A DNA stretch of 64,000 nt from Candidatus Bathyarchaeia archaeon (GCA_049516875.1 JBEKSS010000006.1:32001-96000); one strand, 5' to 3'. Positions 40,728-51,359 are shown, numbered from the stretch's first letter. The notes: generated by a model from the letters alone, not told the origin. Numbers and translations are program-made.

Positions 40728-41954
40728 ATGCAGGCTCAGAAAGTTTTCTCAGAGATAGAAGAATTGAAGACCGACATGACCCGTGTTCTGATGGAGCTAA
40801 TTCGCATACCCGCAGTGTCTCCTGAAAACGGTGGAGAAGGAGAACTAATGAAGGCTGAAAGACTAATCAAAATTCTTGACGACGTGGGGTTTGACAAGAT
40901 AGAACGGCACGATGCAACGGACGAAAGGGTGCCGTCGAAGAAGAGGCCTAACATAATCGCCTACTGTCAAGGGGAGAAAACCGCAGAAAAACTCTGGATA
41001 GTGACACACCTAGACATAGTCCCGCCTGGGGAAGACTCATTCTGGACCGTAACCAAACCTTTTGAACCTCTAGTCAAAGACGGCCGAGTGTACGGTAGGG
41101 GCAGTGAAGACAACACGCAGTCGACGGTTGCCTCCATTTTCGCAATGAAGGCCCTGAAGAATCTAAAGGTGAAACCGAAAAGAACAGTAGCCCTGTGTTT
41201 CGTTGCGGATGAAGAACAAGAGAGCACGTACGGCATCCGACACCTAATAAAGCAGCACCTTTTCAAGGCCGAAGACTTGGTGGTTGTGCCCGACGGCGGA
41301 AGAGAGGATGGAAGCTTCATAGAGATTGCCGAGAAAAGCGTTCTGTGGCTAAGAATGCGCACGATTGGAAAGCAGACTCATGCAAGCCGACCTGAGACTG
41401 GCCTCAATGCCAACCGCATCGGAATGCAGTATGCGTTGGCGCTCGACAAGATCCTGCACAAGGAATACCCTGCTAGGGACAAGAGTTTCGACCCGCCAAC
41501 GTGCACCTTCGAACCAACGAAGAGGGATAGAAACGTCGACGCCGTGAACATCGTTCCCGGTGAAGACACGAACCATTTTGACTGCAGAATACTGCCACGC
41601 TACAGCCCAGACGAAGTGCTAGGCACCGTGCGCAGAGTTGCGGCAGACTTTGAAAAGAAAACTGGAGCGAAAATAGAAATCGAAGTAGTGCACAAAACCG
41701 TTGCTCCCAAACCGACAGACGCTGACGCCCGCGTGGTCGTCATGCTGAGAGAGGCAATAAGAAAGAGTCTGAAGGTAAGGCTGAAAGTCGGGGGAATAGG
41801 TGGAGGAACATGCGCTGCATACTTCCGTGAAGTTGGTATCCCGGCGGTTGTTTGGGGCGCAATGGACGAAGTTGCACACGCGGCTAACGAGTACGCGAAA
41901 ACAGAGAATCTCGTCAAAGAAGCCAAAGTGTTTGCTTATCTGGCGACCCTGTAG
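40728..41954 (+). CDS. M20-family metallohydrolase (ArgE/DapE-like)
   Basis: HLDIVPPG, GRGSEDN, DEE, AH..NE. Confidence 0.92.
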   Translation: MQAQKVFSEIEELKTDMTRVLMELIRIPAVSPENGGEGELMKAERLIKILDDVGFDKIERHDATDERVPSKKRPNIIAYCQGEKTAEKLWIVTHLDIVPPGEDSFWTVTKPFEPLVKDGRVYGRGSEDNTQSTVASIFAMKALKNLKVKPKRTVALCFVADEEQESTYGIRHLIKQHLFKAEDLVVVPDGGREDGSFIEIAEKSVLWLRMRTIGKQTHASRPETGLNANRIGMQYALALDKILHKEYPARDKSFDPPTCTFEPTKRDRNVDAVNIVPGEDTNHFDCRILPRYSPDEVLGTVRRVAADFEKKTGAKIEIEVVHKTVAPKPTDADARVVVMLREAIRKSLKVRLKVGGIGGGTCAAYFREVGIPAVVWGAMDEVAHAANEYAKTENLVKEAKVFAYLATL

Positions 41955-42132
41955 TTGCAACTGCCAAATCAGCCAGTGCTCAAGCACTTTTGTCTAGGTA
42001 GTGTCACAGCAGCTTCAGGCCTCTGTGATGAAAATTCAAGGCGCATTCTGCAACTTGTCTGAGTCACGCTTGATATAGCAAAATCATTTTAAGCCATATT
42101 GTTTGTTTATCTCCAACACGGAGCTGTGGACT

Positions 42133-42828
42133 TTGAAAGAGACTTCTCGCATATTGTCTCAGGCATGCAAAGAGGGACGAAAGTCTCTTCTTGAAACCGA
42201 AGCGGAGACTGTCTGCATGGAGTACGGCATACCGGTCACAAGGTTTGAGTTAGCAAGAAGCGAAGGGGAAGCAGTCAAGTTCGCAAGTGCAATCGGCTTT
42301 CCTACGGTTTTGAAGATTGTTTCGCCGGACATCATCCACAAGTCGGACATAGGCGGTGTTATCATCGGCCTGAAGAACGCAGACGACATACGCCACGGTT
42401 ACAACCAGATATTGCAGAATGTCAAGAAGCACGATCCAAAAGCCAAGATTGCAGGCATCTTGGTCCAAGAGATGGCCCCGCCTTCAACAGAGGTCATAGT
42501 GGGCGCCATCAAGGATCCGCAGTTCGGCCCTGCAATAATGTTTGGGCTGGGCGGAGTCTTCGTCGAAGTTTTGAAGGACGTAGCCTTCAGGATTGCCCCT
42601 ATAACAGAAGATGACGCTCGTGAGATGATAAGCGGAGTGAAAGCTTATCCGCTGTTGAAAGGTTACCGAAATACGCCTCCAGCAGACGTAGACGCGATAG
42701 CGAAGATTCTGCTGAGCACTTCGAAACTGGTCACTGACCATCTGGAAATCAAAGAGTTAGATCTGAACCCCGTTATCGTCTACGAAAAAGGGGCAAAAAC
42801 CGTCGATGCACGGATAATACTGGAATAG
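42133..42828 (+). CDS. ADP-forming acetate/acyl-CoA ligase beta subunit (ATP-grasp)
   Basis: LKIVSPDIIHKSDIGGV, DPQFGP, ELDLNP. Confidence 0.93.
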   Translation: MKETSRILSQACKEGRKSLLETEAETVCMEYGIPVTRFELARSEGEAVKFASAIGFPTVLKIVSPDIIHKSDIGGVIIGLKNADDIRHGYNQILQNVKKHDPKAKIAGILVQEMAPPSTEVIVGAIKDPQFGPAIMFGLGGVFVEVLKDVAFRIAPITEDDAREMISGVKAYPLLKGYRNTPPADVDAIAKILLSTSKLVTDHLEIKELDLNPVIVYEKGAKTVDARIILE

Positions 42829-42925
42829 ACTTGGAACCCAATTTGTCGATGTGACTTCTGACAGGAACAGGTGGTCGAGACTATCAAACGGTTTTTGCGT
42901 TGCGAAACTAAAGGGTTGTGAACCT

Positions 42926-43801
42926 TTGTCACAGCGTAAGAAAACTGAAATAATCGCAGAGTTGAACGAGAAGCTTTCGATACTGAAAGACCAGCAGAAT
43001 AGACTGGAAGCTGAAGCACGCGAACGGGCGGAGAAGCGCAATAAGCTTCATGGACGGATGAAAACGATGCGAGACGAGGCTCTTGAGCTTCGGGGTCAAA
43101 GAGACGAACTGAACAGCAGAGTCAAAGAATTGAAGCAAAAACGAAACGACGTGACAGCCAGAATCCATGAAAAACTCGAAGAAATGGAGAAGCTTAGAGA
43201 AGAGAGCAAGGCTCTAGCAAAGAGAAAACCTTCGAGGAGCCATGTAACTCTGCAGAAAGAGGTTGAGAGCATCGACTGGACGATTCAAACGACTTCCTTG
43301 ACATTGCAAGAGGACAAGGAGTTGGTGGAGAAAGTGAAGCAATTGGAGACACAGTTGGCAATCTATAGGAAGCTCGAACGACTGAGTAAAAAAACCGCTC
43401 AGCTGCGAATCGAGGTGAGGGCGATGAAGTCTGAAAGCGAGCTTTTGCACGGGCAATTGACGGAAAACGCACAGAAAAGTCAAGAAACTCACGGGAAGAT
43501 GCTTGAAAGAATCGAGGAATCAAAAGCAGTCAAAACGGAGGCCGACGGTATGCACAAGCAATTCTTGCAGGCGAAAGAAACAACTGGACCGCTGCAAGAA
43601 GAGGTGAAAGTGCTGTTAACTCAAATCAGGCAGTTAAAGGGAGAAGTGCGGGAGGAAGTGCAGAAGGAAAAAAAGGAGAGCCAGGATGCTCTTCGCGAAA
43701 CTCTTGAAAAGCAGGCAAAGGAGAAGTTGAAACATGGCGAAAAGTTGAGCTGGGAAGAATTTCAACTTCTCGCAGAAAAGGGAATGACAGACCAAGATTG
43801 A
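42926..43801 (+). CDS. Archaeal long coiled-coil protein (COG1340-like)
   Basis: Continuous heptads; IQTTSL..EDKELV; C-terminal KLKHGEKLSWEE. Confidence 0.85.
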   Translation: MSQRKKTEIIAELNEKLSILKDQQNRLEAEARERAEKRNKLHGRMKTMRDEALELRGQRDELNSRVKELKQKRNDVTARIHEKLEEMEKLREESKALAKRKPSRSHVTLQKEVESIDWTIQTTSLTLQEDKELVEKVKQLETQLAIYRKLERLSKKTAQLRIEVRAMKSESELLHGQLTENAQKSQETHGKMLERIEESKAVKTEADGMHKQFLQAKETTGPLQEEVKVLLTQIRQLKGEVREEVQKEKKESQDALRETLEKQAKEKLKHGEKLSWEEFQLLAEKGMTDQD

Positions 43802-43835
43802 AGTGGCCGTCTGTTACAAGCAGGGTTGAGAAACC

Positions 43836-45107
43836 TTAGTCTACTATTCTTCCTTTCTCTGCCACTAGTTTTCCGTCTTTGAAGACTTTCTCTGCTAGGT
43901 TAATGCCGTAGTGATATGCAAAGAACTTGTGATTTGGTGCATCAAAGATGACTATGTCTGCCTTTTTTCCCTCCTCCAAGCTTCCTATTTCATGGGCTCT
44001 CTCTATAGAGTGTGCAGCGTTGATTGTTGATGCTGTAAGCGCCTCCTCTGTGGTCATTCTCATCTGGAGAATTGCAATAGTTATCATCATCTGCATTGAT
44101 TCGCACATGTCTGCCGCGCTCAGATCGGTTCCTAGCGCTATGGGCAGTCTTTTGTTGATGATTTCTCTCGCTTTTGCATACGTGCCCAAATAGCAGAATG
44201 GGGTTGTTGGCAAGAATGTTCCGATTATGCCTTTTTTCACCAGAGCTTCGATTTCCTCGGGTGGTGTGAAGATTAGGTGGTCAGCGGAGATGACTCCCAG
44301 CTCTGCGCCTAGTTTTGCTCCTCCGCTATGAGCCAGCCAGTCAGCATGAATTCTCAACTTCATTCCGTATTTTCTGCCCGCCTCGAGTATTCGCCTAGAC
44401 TGCTCTACGTTGAAGTATCCTTTCTCGCAGAACACGTCACAGTATTCAGCCAGTTTTCTCTTCGCAACTTCTGGAATCCATTTTTTAACTACTTCATCTG
44501 TTAACTGATCAACCTTGTTTTCGTATTCGAAGGGAATGCCTTGAGCCATGAAAGTTGGAATCAAGTCGACTGGATGCATCTCGTTAAGTGCTTTGATTAT
44601 TTCTAGTTGTCTGATTTCGCCTTGAAGCGTCATTTCATATCCGCTTTTCGCTTCTATCGTTGTCGTGCCGTGCAGTAGCATCGTGTCAAGTATTCTGATG
44701 GTTTTTTTGAGCAGTTCTTCTGTGGATGTTTCGCCAGTCTTTTTTAGGGTTGTCGGCATTCCTCCTCCTCTTGCTTTGATTTCCAAGTACGGCGTACCTT
44801 TCACAGCCATCTGCTCAAGTTCTTCCTCTCTTGAACCGGCGAAAACCAGGTGGACGTGAGGATCGATGAGTCCCGGCGTGACGAGTTTACCGCTTGCGTC
44901 TATGACTTCAAACCCTTTTTCAAGCCTGTCCAAGACCTCCTTCGTAGTGCCGACGGCCACTATTCTTCCATCTTCGACTGCGACTGCTCCGTCTTCTATT
45001 ATGGCCAGATCATTCATTTCCTCTTTGATCTGGGGTTTGCAGCTTTTTCCCCTCAGAGTCGCTAGCTCATTTGCGTTGATTATTGCGAAATCAGCTCTTA
45101 TCGCCAT
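43836..45107 (-). CDS. hutI: Imidazolonepropionase-like amidohydrolase
   Basis: PGLIDPHVHLVFAGSR, GTTTIEAKSGY, DVFCEKG, IHAD, SADHL, ALGTD. Confidence 0.88.
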   Translation of the reverse strand: MAIRADFAIINANELATLRGKSCKPQIKEEMNDLAIIEDGAVAVEDGRIVAVGTTKEVLDRLEKGFEVIDASGKLVTPGLIDPHVHLVFAGSREEELEQMAVKGTPYLEIKARGGGMPTTLKKTGETSTEELLKKTIRILDTMLLHGTTTIEAKSGYEMTLQGEIRQLEIIKALNEMHPVDLIPTFMAQGIPFEYENKVDQLTDEVVKKWIPEVAKRKLAEYCDVFCEKGYFNVEQSRRILEAGRKYGMKLRIHADWLAHSGGAKLGAELGVISADHLIFTPPEEIEALVKKGIIGTFLPTTPFCYLGTYAKAREIINKRLPIALGTDLSAADMCESMQMMITIAILQMRMTTEEALTASTINAAHSIERAHEIGSLEEGKKADIVIFDAPNHKFFAYHYGINLAEKVFKDGKLVAEKGRIVD

Positions 45108-45138
45108 GTTTTCTCCTCTTTTCACGGGTATGCGAGCG

Positions 45139-46467
45139 CTACACGTCTAGATACTTCTTTCTTTCCCACTCGTGCACGGTGGCGTTGTAGTCCTTCCACT
45201 CCTTAGTTTTGAGTTCCAGGAATTTTTCGCAGAATGCTTTTCCCAAAGCGTCTTGCAAGCACTTGTCTTTAGAGAATTCGTTCAAAGCATCTCCTAGAGT
45301 TCCGGGAAGCACTCCTATGCCTTTCTTGGCTCTTTCTTTTTCGCTCATCTCGTAAATATCCTCTTCGACAGGCTCTGGAAGCTCAGTTCTTCTTTTGATG
45401 CCATCCAAGCCGGCGGCCAGGATAGCGGCAAACGCAAGGTAGAAATTGCAAGATCCATCCGTGGGCCTGTACTCCAACCTGGTTCTCATCCCTTTTCCAG
45501 GTGGAACCCTGACGAGAACTGACCGGTTATACTTGGCCCACGAAAGGTAGACTGGGGCCTCCCACCCTGGTACAAGCCGTTTGTACGAGTTAACGGACGG
45601 GTTAGTCACGGCTGCTAAAGCCTTTGCGTGAGCTAACAACCCGGCTATGAAATTCAGGGCAGTCTTGCTCAGGCCATAGCTTCCTTTTGGATCATAAAAC
45701 AGATTCTGAGCCTTCTTATCGTTTGTAAGACTGACGTGAGTGTGCAGTCCACATCCATAGCCGCCGTGAAAAGGCTTCGGCATAAAAGAGGCAAAAAGTC
45801 CCCTTCTGGCCGCTGTCATCTTCACAACAAACTTGACCAAGTAAATCGTGTCAGCCATTCTCAGTGCATCCGCATAGGCCAGGTTCAGCTCGGATTTTCC
45901 CGGAGGCACTTCATGATGATGCTTTTCAACCAGAACACCGGCGTTTCTAAGATTCTCCGTAATCTCAAGTCTCAAATCAGCGCCAACATCTGCTGGAGGA
46001 CTAGCCAAATATCCTGCTTCATCGATTAGTCTTATGCTGCCGTCTTCGCCCTTTTTGAAAACGAAATACTCTATCTCGCTGCACGCGTTATACTTGACAC
46101 TGGTCCCCAGGTTCTTCTTGGAATCGTTCACAACCTTCTTAAGTATGAACCTTGGGTCAAGCTCAAAAAGTTTATCTGATTCCGGCTCGTAAATGTCACA
46201 AACCACTCTTGCCACTTTCTGAGGGAAAAGACTGGTTGGCAGAATGGCGAACGTGTCCACGTCCGGCACGAGTTTCAAGTCGCTTTTGCTTATGTCTACC
46301 ATGTCGACGGATGAACCATCCGTGTGTATGCCGTCTTCAGCAACCTTTGACAACATCTCAGAGGGAATCCAAAGAGAGTGCAAGATGCCAGACAAGTCCG
46401 TAAACTGTAACACTATCTCCTTCACGTTTTCCTTTTCAACTATCTTCACAACCTCAGACATGCTCAT
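45139..46467 (-). CDS. Glutamine synthetase type I-like protein
   Basis: DGSS, EIEYF, HHEV, FMPKP..GLHTH, SYKRLVPGWEAP, NRS..RVP, RLEYR. Confidence 0.92.
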   Translation of the reverse strand: MSMSEVVKIVEKENVKEIVLQFTDLSGILHSLWIPSEMLSKVAEDGIHTDGSSVDMVDISKSDLKLVPDVDTFAILPTSLFPQKVARVVCDIYEPESDKLFELDPRFILKKVVNDSKKNLGTSVKYNACSEIEYFVFKKGEDGSIRLIDEAGYLASPPADVGADLRLEITENLRNAGVLVEKHHHEVPPGKSELNLAYADALRMADTIYLVKFVVKMTAARRGLFASFMPKPFHGGYGCGLHTHVSLTNDKKAQNLFYDPKGSYGLSKTALNFIAGLLAHAKALAAVTNPSVNSYKRLVPGWEAPVYLSWAKYNRSVLVRVPPGKGMRTRLEYRPTDGSCNFYLAFAAILAAGLDGIKRRTELPEPVEEDIYEMSEKERAKKGIGVLPGTLGDALNEFSKDKCLQDALGKAFCEKFLELKTKEWKDYNATVHEWERKKYLDV

Positions 46468-46579
46468 TCCAATCCCTCACAGAACATCACCTCTTCTTTT
46501 ATATTATTTTTCTTCTGCATGCGCGCTAGACTTATATTTCGCTGGAATCAGAGCTCCTAGAAGGATTGGAGATTACTGA

Positions 46580-47485
46580 ATGGAGTTTAGGGTAAACGGG
46601 ATTCCAATTGAAGATACTTTCTGTGAGACGTTTACAGTTCGAATCGCCAGGATACTTGTAACCTCTGTAAACAGAAAATGGGCTCTGGAATCAGCCTTGG
46701 AAACCAAAGGCCTTGGCAGATCAGCCACTATTCCACCTTCAGAAGCCTCCATAGAGGCTGAAGCTAAGCCTGAAGAGACTCCCGACGGCAGACCGGGTTT
46801 CATAATCCAGTTCATTGACAGAAAGCCGGAGCCGTTGAAAGAATGGCTCGTAGTCAGAATAAGGAAGGGAATCATGCCCTATCCTAAGACTAGCGTGTTT
46901 GATGTTTTGCCATCGGGAATGGCTGAGGAATTTGTGGATATCAAGGGCACAATCATACAGACCTTCGGAGACGGATTTGAAGAGGAAACCGAGGTTTTCG
47001 GAAAGAAGGTTTTCAAGATACCGAGGATGGACGGTTATTTTCTTGTTGAAAGAAGATTCGGAATCGCGAAAGGCGTGGCTGGTGGCATGTTCCTGATTCT
47101 AGCGAGGTCGGATGAAGCCGCGTTGAAAGCTGCTGAACGGGCTGTTGAGGACACGAAAACCGTTCCTTATGTAGTCGGGAAGTTTGCTGCTTCCGGAACC
47201 AAGGTCGGAGGGAAAAACTACAAGGATGCTATAGCCACAACCAATGATGCATACTGTCCTTGCCTGGCGGGAAACGAGGGGAGCAAGATCCCTGAGGGCG
47301 TGAAATGCGTCTACGAAGTCATAGTCAGTGGATTAAGGCTGGAGGATGTAAGTAGAGCAATGAGAGTCGGCATAGAAAACGCGACAAAGGCTCATGGAGT
47401 GACGAGAATAACCACAGCAAACTATGGTGGAACCTTGGGTAAAGGCAAAATTCATCTACAAAGCTTGTTTGACCTCAAAAGTTGA
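46580..47485 (+). CDS. ftr: Formylmethanofuran--H4MPT formyltransferase-like protein (divergent paralogue)
   Basis: NGIPIEDTFCETF, ETPDGRPG, FGDG, GVAGG, SGTKVG, VYEVIVSG, ANYGGTLG. Confidence 0.85.
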   Translation: MEFRVNGIPIEDTFCETFTVRIARILVTSVNRKWALESALETKGLGRSATIPPSEASIEAEAKPEETPDGRPGFIIQFIDRKPEPLKEWLVVRIRKGIMPYPKTSVFDVLPSGMAEEFVDIKGTIIQTFGDGFEEETEVFGKKVFKIPRMDGYFLVERRFGIAKGVAGGMFLILARSDEAALKAAERAVEDTKTVPYVVGKFAASGTKVGGKNYKDAIATTNDAYCPCLAGNEGSKIPEGVKCVYEVIVSGLRLEDVSRAMRVGIENATKAHGVTRITTANYGGTLGKGKIHLQSLFDLKS

Positions 47486-47577
47486 AGACATCCTGCGACA
47501 TGAGCGAACCTAGCGCGTGCTAGAAACAGAAGATTAAAGTGGGCATTCATCAATTATACTCACGTAACGAGATACCT

Positions 47578-48744
47578 ATGAAGGAAAGCGAAGAAAAAGA
47601 GCAGAAGAGAATCCTCGTTCTGTGCGTGGATAGAGACGCGGATTTGGAAGCCAAAGCTGGGGTGAAAACCCCCCTTATCGGAAGAGGAGAAAATCTTGAC
47701 GCCGCAGTCGCGTTGGCTCTGAGAGACCCTGAAGAGCCGGACGCAAACGCTATGTTTGAAGCAATACGGGTATACGATCGCTTGAAAGCAGAGAACAACC
47801 CTACAGAGACTTTTGAGATTGCCACGTTGTCAGGTTCTGAGCTCGGCGGTGTCGGCGCGGACAGAAAAATCGTAGCCGGGTTGAAGGAACTACTAGATTC
47901 CTTCTCTGCCAGTGAAGTCATCTTGGTGACGGACGGGTATTCGGATGAAGCGGTTTTGCCGCTTGTCCAGTCAAGGGTGCCCGTTTCATCAGTCAGAAGA
48001 ATCGTTGTGAAGCACAGCGAGTCAATTGAAGAGACCGCTGCTCTTCTTTCACGGTACCTTCGAACAGTGATGAATAACCCTCGCTATTCACGTGTGGCCT
48101 TAGGCCTGCCCGGACTGCTCATTCTGATTCTGGGAATCCTGTCCATCTTCGGATGGGTTCAATACTACTTGATCGCGTTTGCACTTGTCCTAAGCGTTTT
48201 CCTAGTAGTCAAAGGATTTGGAATTGACAAGTCTGCCAAAGACTTCTACAGGTGGGTGAAAGAGTACTCTCCGCCCCCGCTGAGAGTGCAGATATCAAAT
48301 TTCTCCTTGGTCGCCGGGGGATTGTGCGTTGTGCTTAGCGTATACTTAGGATGGACAAATATTCCGCCCGCAGAAGTTGCAGCTTGGCTAGGTAACGTCC
48401 CGCGAATTATCGGTTTCTTCATAGGAGGTGCAGCAACCTTAATAGTGGTCGGATTCTGCCTGCCACTCTTGGGTAGGGGTATCCGATGGTACATTGAGCG
48501 TGACGCTAGGTTGTTGCGAAACGCGGTGCTAATCGTCATTGTCGGTTGGTCGCAGCAGATTCTCATTGCAACCTCTGAGCTGCTCATTACTCCGGAAATC
48601 GGCTATGGGAGGATCATTTTCGCTATCGTTGTCGGCATCTTGATGGGCATAGCTTCAGTGCTGGTTATTTTCGCGGTTCACAGGGCTAAGAGAGGCTTTT
48701 TCGCGGAGACAGAAGAGCAGGCTGAAGAGTTTGGGGATTCTTGA
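47578..48744 (+). CDS. DUF373-family membrane protein
   Basis: LVLCVDRD.DL, DPEEPDAN, VTDG..DE, then multiple TM helices; adjacent to uppS. Confidence 0.88.
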   Translation: MKESEEKEQKRILVLCVDRDADLEAKAGVKTPLIGRGENLDAAVALALRDPEEPDANAMFEAIRVYDRLKAENNPTETFEIATLSGSELGGVGADRKIVAGLKELLDSFSASEVILVTDGYSDEAVLPLVQSRVPVSSVRRIVVKHSESIEETAALLSRYLRTVMNNPRYSRVALGLPGLLILILGILSIFGWVQYYLIAFALVLSVFLVVKGFGIDKSAKDFYRWVKEYSPPPLRVQISNFSLVAGGLCVVLSVYLGWTNIPPAEVAAWLGNVPRIIGFFIGGAATLIVVGFCLPLLGRGIRWYIERDARLLRNAVLIVIVGWSQQILIATSELLITPEIGYGRIIFAIVVGILMGIASVLVIFAVHRAKRGFFAETEEQAEEFGDS

Positions 48745-48876
48745 ACGCCCGGCAATGAATGTCTTCAAACAGATTATGCTTGGAATGGAGAAAGTCTTAA
48801 TTGAGACTATTGGAAGTTAACTGACACGAGGACGATTATTGGTGCACCAGTGTGACTAGGCCACGAGGTTTGAGCA

Positions 48877-49659
48877 GTGATTAAATCGTTGCTTTCTGCA
48901 ATCGGTGCCTATAAGGTTTATGAGGGATGGCTTTGGCGTCAAGTTGAAAACGGCGACAAACCAGAGCATATAGCGATAATTCTGGATGGAAACCGAAGGT
49001 GGGCTTCGGAAAAGGTGCTTAACCCGTGGTTTGGCCACGAAAAAGGAGCAGAAAAGGTCGAGCAACTGCTTGACTGGTGCCTGAAACTCGATGTCAAATC
49101 TGTAACTCTCTACGCCTTCTCCACCGAAAACTTTAGCCGCCCAGAAGATGAAGTCAAGGAAATAATGCGCATCGCCGAGGAACGATTTCGGGAGCTCTTG
49201 ACAGATGAGCGGATACGTAGAGACAAGATACGCGTCAAAGTCATCGGCAGAGTAAATCTCCTGCCTGAAGGTTTGCGGCAGCTCATAGAAGACGTCGAAA
49301 AATCAACGCAGGATTATGACAAGCATTTCTTGAATTTTGCTTTTGCTTACGGTGGAAGAGCCGAGATTGTGGATGCTGCGAAGAAAATTGCCGAGGAAGT
49401 GCACGAGGGAAAACTGGATCTTGAAAAGGTTGATGAGCAGGTGTTTGAACAGCATCTCTACACCTCACACATGCCTAATCAAGATCCCGACCTAATCATT
49501 AGAACCTCGGGTGAAGAGAGACTCAGCGGCTTCTTGCTGTGGCAGTCTGCCTACAGCGAGCTCTGCTTCTTAGACGTCTACTGGCCTGATTTCCGCTCAA
49601 TCGACCTGCTGCGCGCGGTCAGAACCTTTCAGAAGCGTAAGAGACGTTTCGGCGAGTAA
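48877..49659 (+). CDS. uppS: cis-Prenyltransferase (undecaprenyl-diphosphate synthase)
   Basis: IILDGNRRW, YAFSTEN, YGGR, RTSGEERLSGFL. Confidence 0.96.
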   Translation: MIKSLLSAIGAYKVYEGWLWRQVENGDKPEHIAIILDGNRRWASEKVLNPWFGHEKGAEKVEQLLDWCLKLDVKSVTLYAFSTENFSRPEDEVKEIMRIAEERFRELLTDERIRRDKIRVKVIGRVNLLPEGLRQLIEDVEKSTQDYDKHFLNFAFAYGGRAEIVDAAKKIAEEVHEGKLDLEKVDEQVFEQHLYTSHMPNQDPDLIIRTSGEERLSGFLLWQSAYSELCFLDVYWPDFRSIDLLRAVRTFQKRKRRFGE

Positions 49660-49665
49660 GCATCG

Positions 49666-50889
49666 TCATGCTCTCTTGCGGGCGCTAACTATCGAGACGA
49701 CATCTCTATCCTTGAGTATGTAATCTTCGCCTACTCTTTTCTTCTCTCTAGCCTCAACCGCGTAGATGAAGCCTTCTCCGAGTTCCGTGTGAATTATGTA
49801 AGCAAGTTGGCGTGCAGTCGTTCCGTAGGGCACAAGATAAGCGTCTGGCAAAACTCTGCCCATGTGATCTGCCAAATGTTCCAAATCCTCAACGGGATAC
49901 ACGGTAATCATGCTTAAGAGCTTGAAATAGGCCGTGTTGATGGCTTCTTGAACGCCCGTCGTGCCAAAATTGAGGAGTATTTTCTCTCTTATGGTCTCCA
50001 AGGCCTTTGCTTGACTTTGACTGAGGCTTTCTGGCTTGCACACTTTGAAATTGCAGTCTCCCGGTCGGTAGTCTATCAGCTGCTTTTCAGCAGCTCTCCT
50101 GAGGGCAAGCTCCGCTTCTGCGCAGCAGGGGACGACGAGGCGGTTGGATTCTTTCAGCCGTTCAAAGTTTTCTTGGGAGGGCGACATGTCCATTTTGTTC
50201 GCCACAATCAGCATTGGCTTCGCAACTTGCCTTAACGTGTCAACGAACCTGAGAAAGTCTTCATCGCTCCAGAATGTGGGTTTGTCAGCGTTCAACCCTG
50301 CCTTTCTTATCGCGTCAAAAACGTGGCTTCTTCTCATGGATAGGCCGCTTAATCGTTCTTCGAGTATCGAAAGCAGGTCTTTGGATTCAGCTTCAACAGT
50401 TCTTGCAATCTTGGGCCAGTCTTTTTTGAGTATGTTCGCCATCCACATGGTTATTTCACGTTCGAGGAATTTCACGTCTTCCATAGGGTCGTTTTCGCCT
50501 GGCTTGCAGAGTCTGCCCTCGCAGTCCGTTCCCCCCGAAGCGTCAACTATGTGGATTAACGCGTCAGCCTTTCTGATTTCGTCCAGGAACTGGTTGCCCA
50601 GGCCTCTTCCTTCCCAAGCTCCGGGCACAAGCCCAGCGCAATCGATAAACTCCACAGGGATGAGTCTGACGCCGTCCAGGCATATCGAATTAGCCGGGTT
50701 GTCACTGACGCCAAATTCCTTGTGCACACACGCTGTCCGAACGTATCCGACTCCTCTGTTCGGCTTTATGGTCGTGAATGGATAGTTTGCTATCTCAGCA
50801 GGCGCCAGAGTCGCTGCACAGAAGAATGTCGACTTGCCGGTGTTAGGTTTTCCAACTATACCCAACAGTTTTGAATAGGATTTCTGCAT
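49666..50889 (-). CDS. ychF: YchF/OBG-family ATPase with TGS domain
   Basis: GKPNTGKST, YPFTT, DCAG, GLGNQFL, NKMD, C-terminal TGS. Confidence 0.93.
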   Translation of the reverse strand: MQKSYSKLLGIVGKPNTGKSTFFCAATLAPAEIANYPFTTIKPNRGVGYVRTACVHKEFGVSDNPANSICLDGVRLIPVEFIDCAGLVPGAWEGRGLGNQFLDEIRKADALIHIVDASGGTDCEGRLCKPGENDPMEDVKFLEREITMWMANILKKDWPKIARTVEAESKDLLSILEERLSGLSMRRSHVFDAIRKAGLNADKPTFWSDEDFLRFVDTLRQVAKPMLIVANKMDMSPSQENFERLKESNRLVVPCCAEAELALRRAAEKQLIDYRPGDCNFKVCKPESLSQSQAKALETIREKILLNFGTTGVQEAINTAYFKLLSMITVYPVEDLEHLADHMGRVLPDAYLVPYGTTARQLAYIIHTELGEGFIYAVEAREKKRVGEDYILKDRDVVSIVSARKRA

Positions 50890-51359
50890 CCAACTCTTCC
50901 CACCAAAATTCTGGGTGCCAGCCAGATTGCACTGTGTTTTTCCCTCGAGTACTTTATGATACGTTGCTCTATATGGCTTGCGCTGTTCAATAATCCGCAA
51001 AAAAAACAGGCAAGACGTTTTGTGAAAAACGTCGCTTTCTCCCTTTACTCAGCGTGCATTTACTGTTTCTCGACCTCACGTCTGCTTAGCGAAAACGTGA
51101 GGTGAAGCCTAGACGTTTTAATTGCAAACCAGCGCTTTCACCCGCAAAACGATAGTTCTGGCGAGAGTTTTAGGCTCGCACCTTGAATTCTGAGTGTTTT
51201 TACCAGCAGAGTCGCGCGATAGTGATCAAGCATAAGAAAATCGCAGACTTCTCACGTTTTTAGTTCATATATGTTCCTTTCAACTCTTGGCAATCATAAA
51301 TTAATATAAAAGCGTCAAGGCTATAGGAAGTAAACTGAAACCTCAAAGGACATGAAAAC

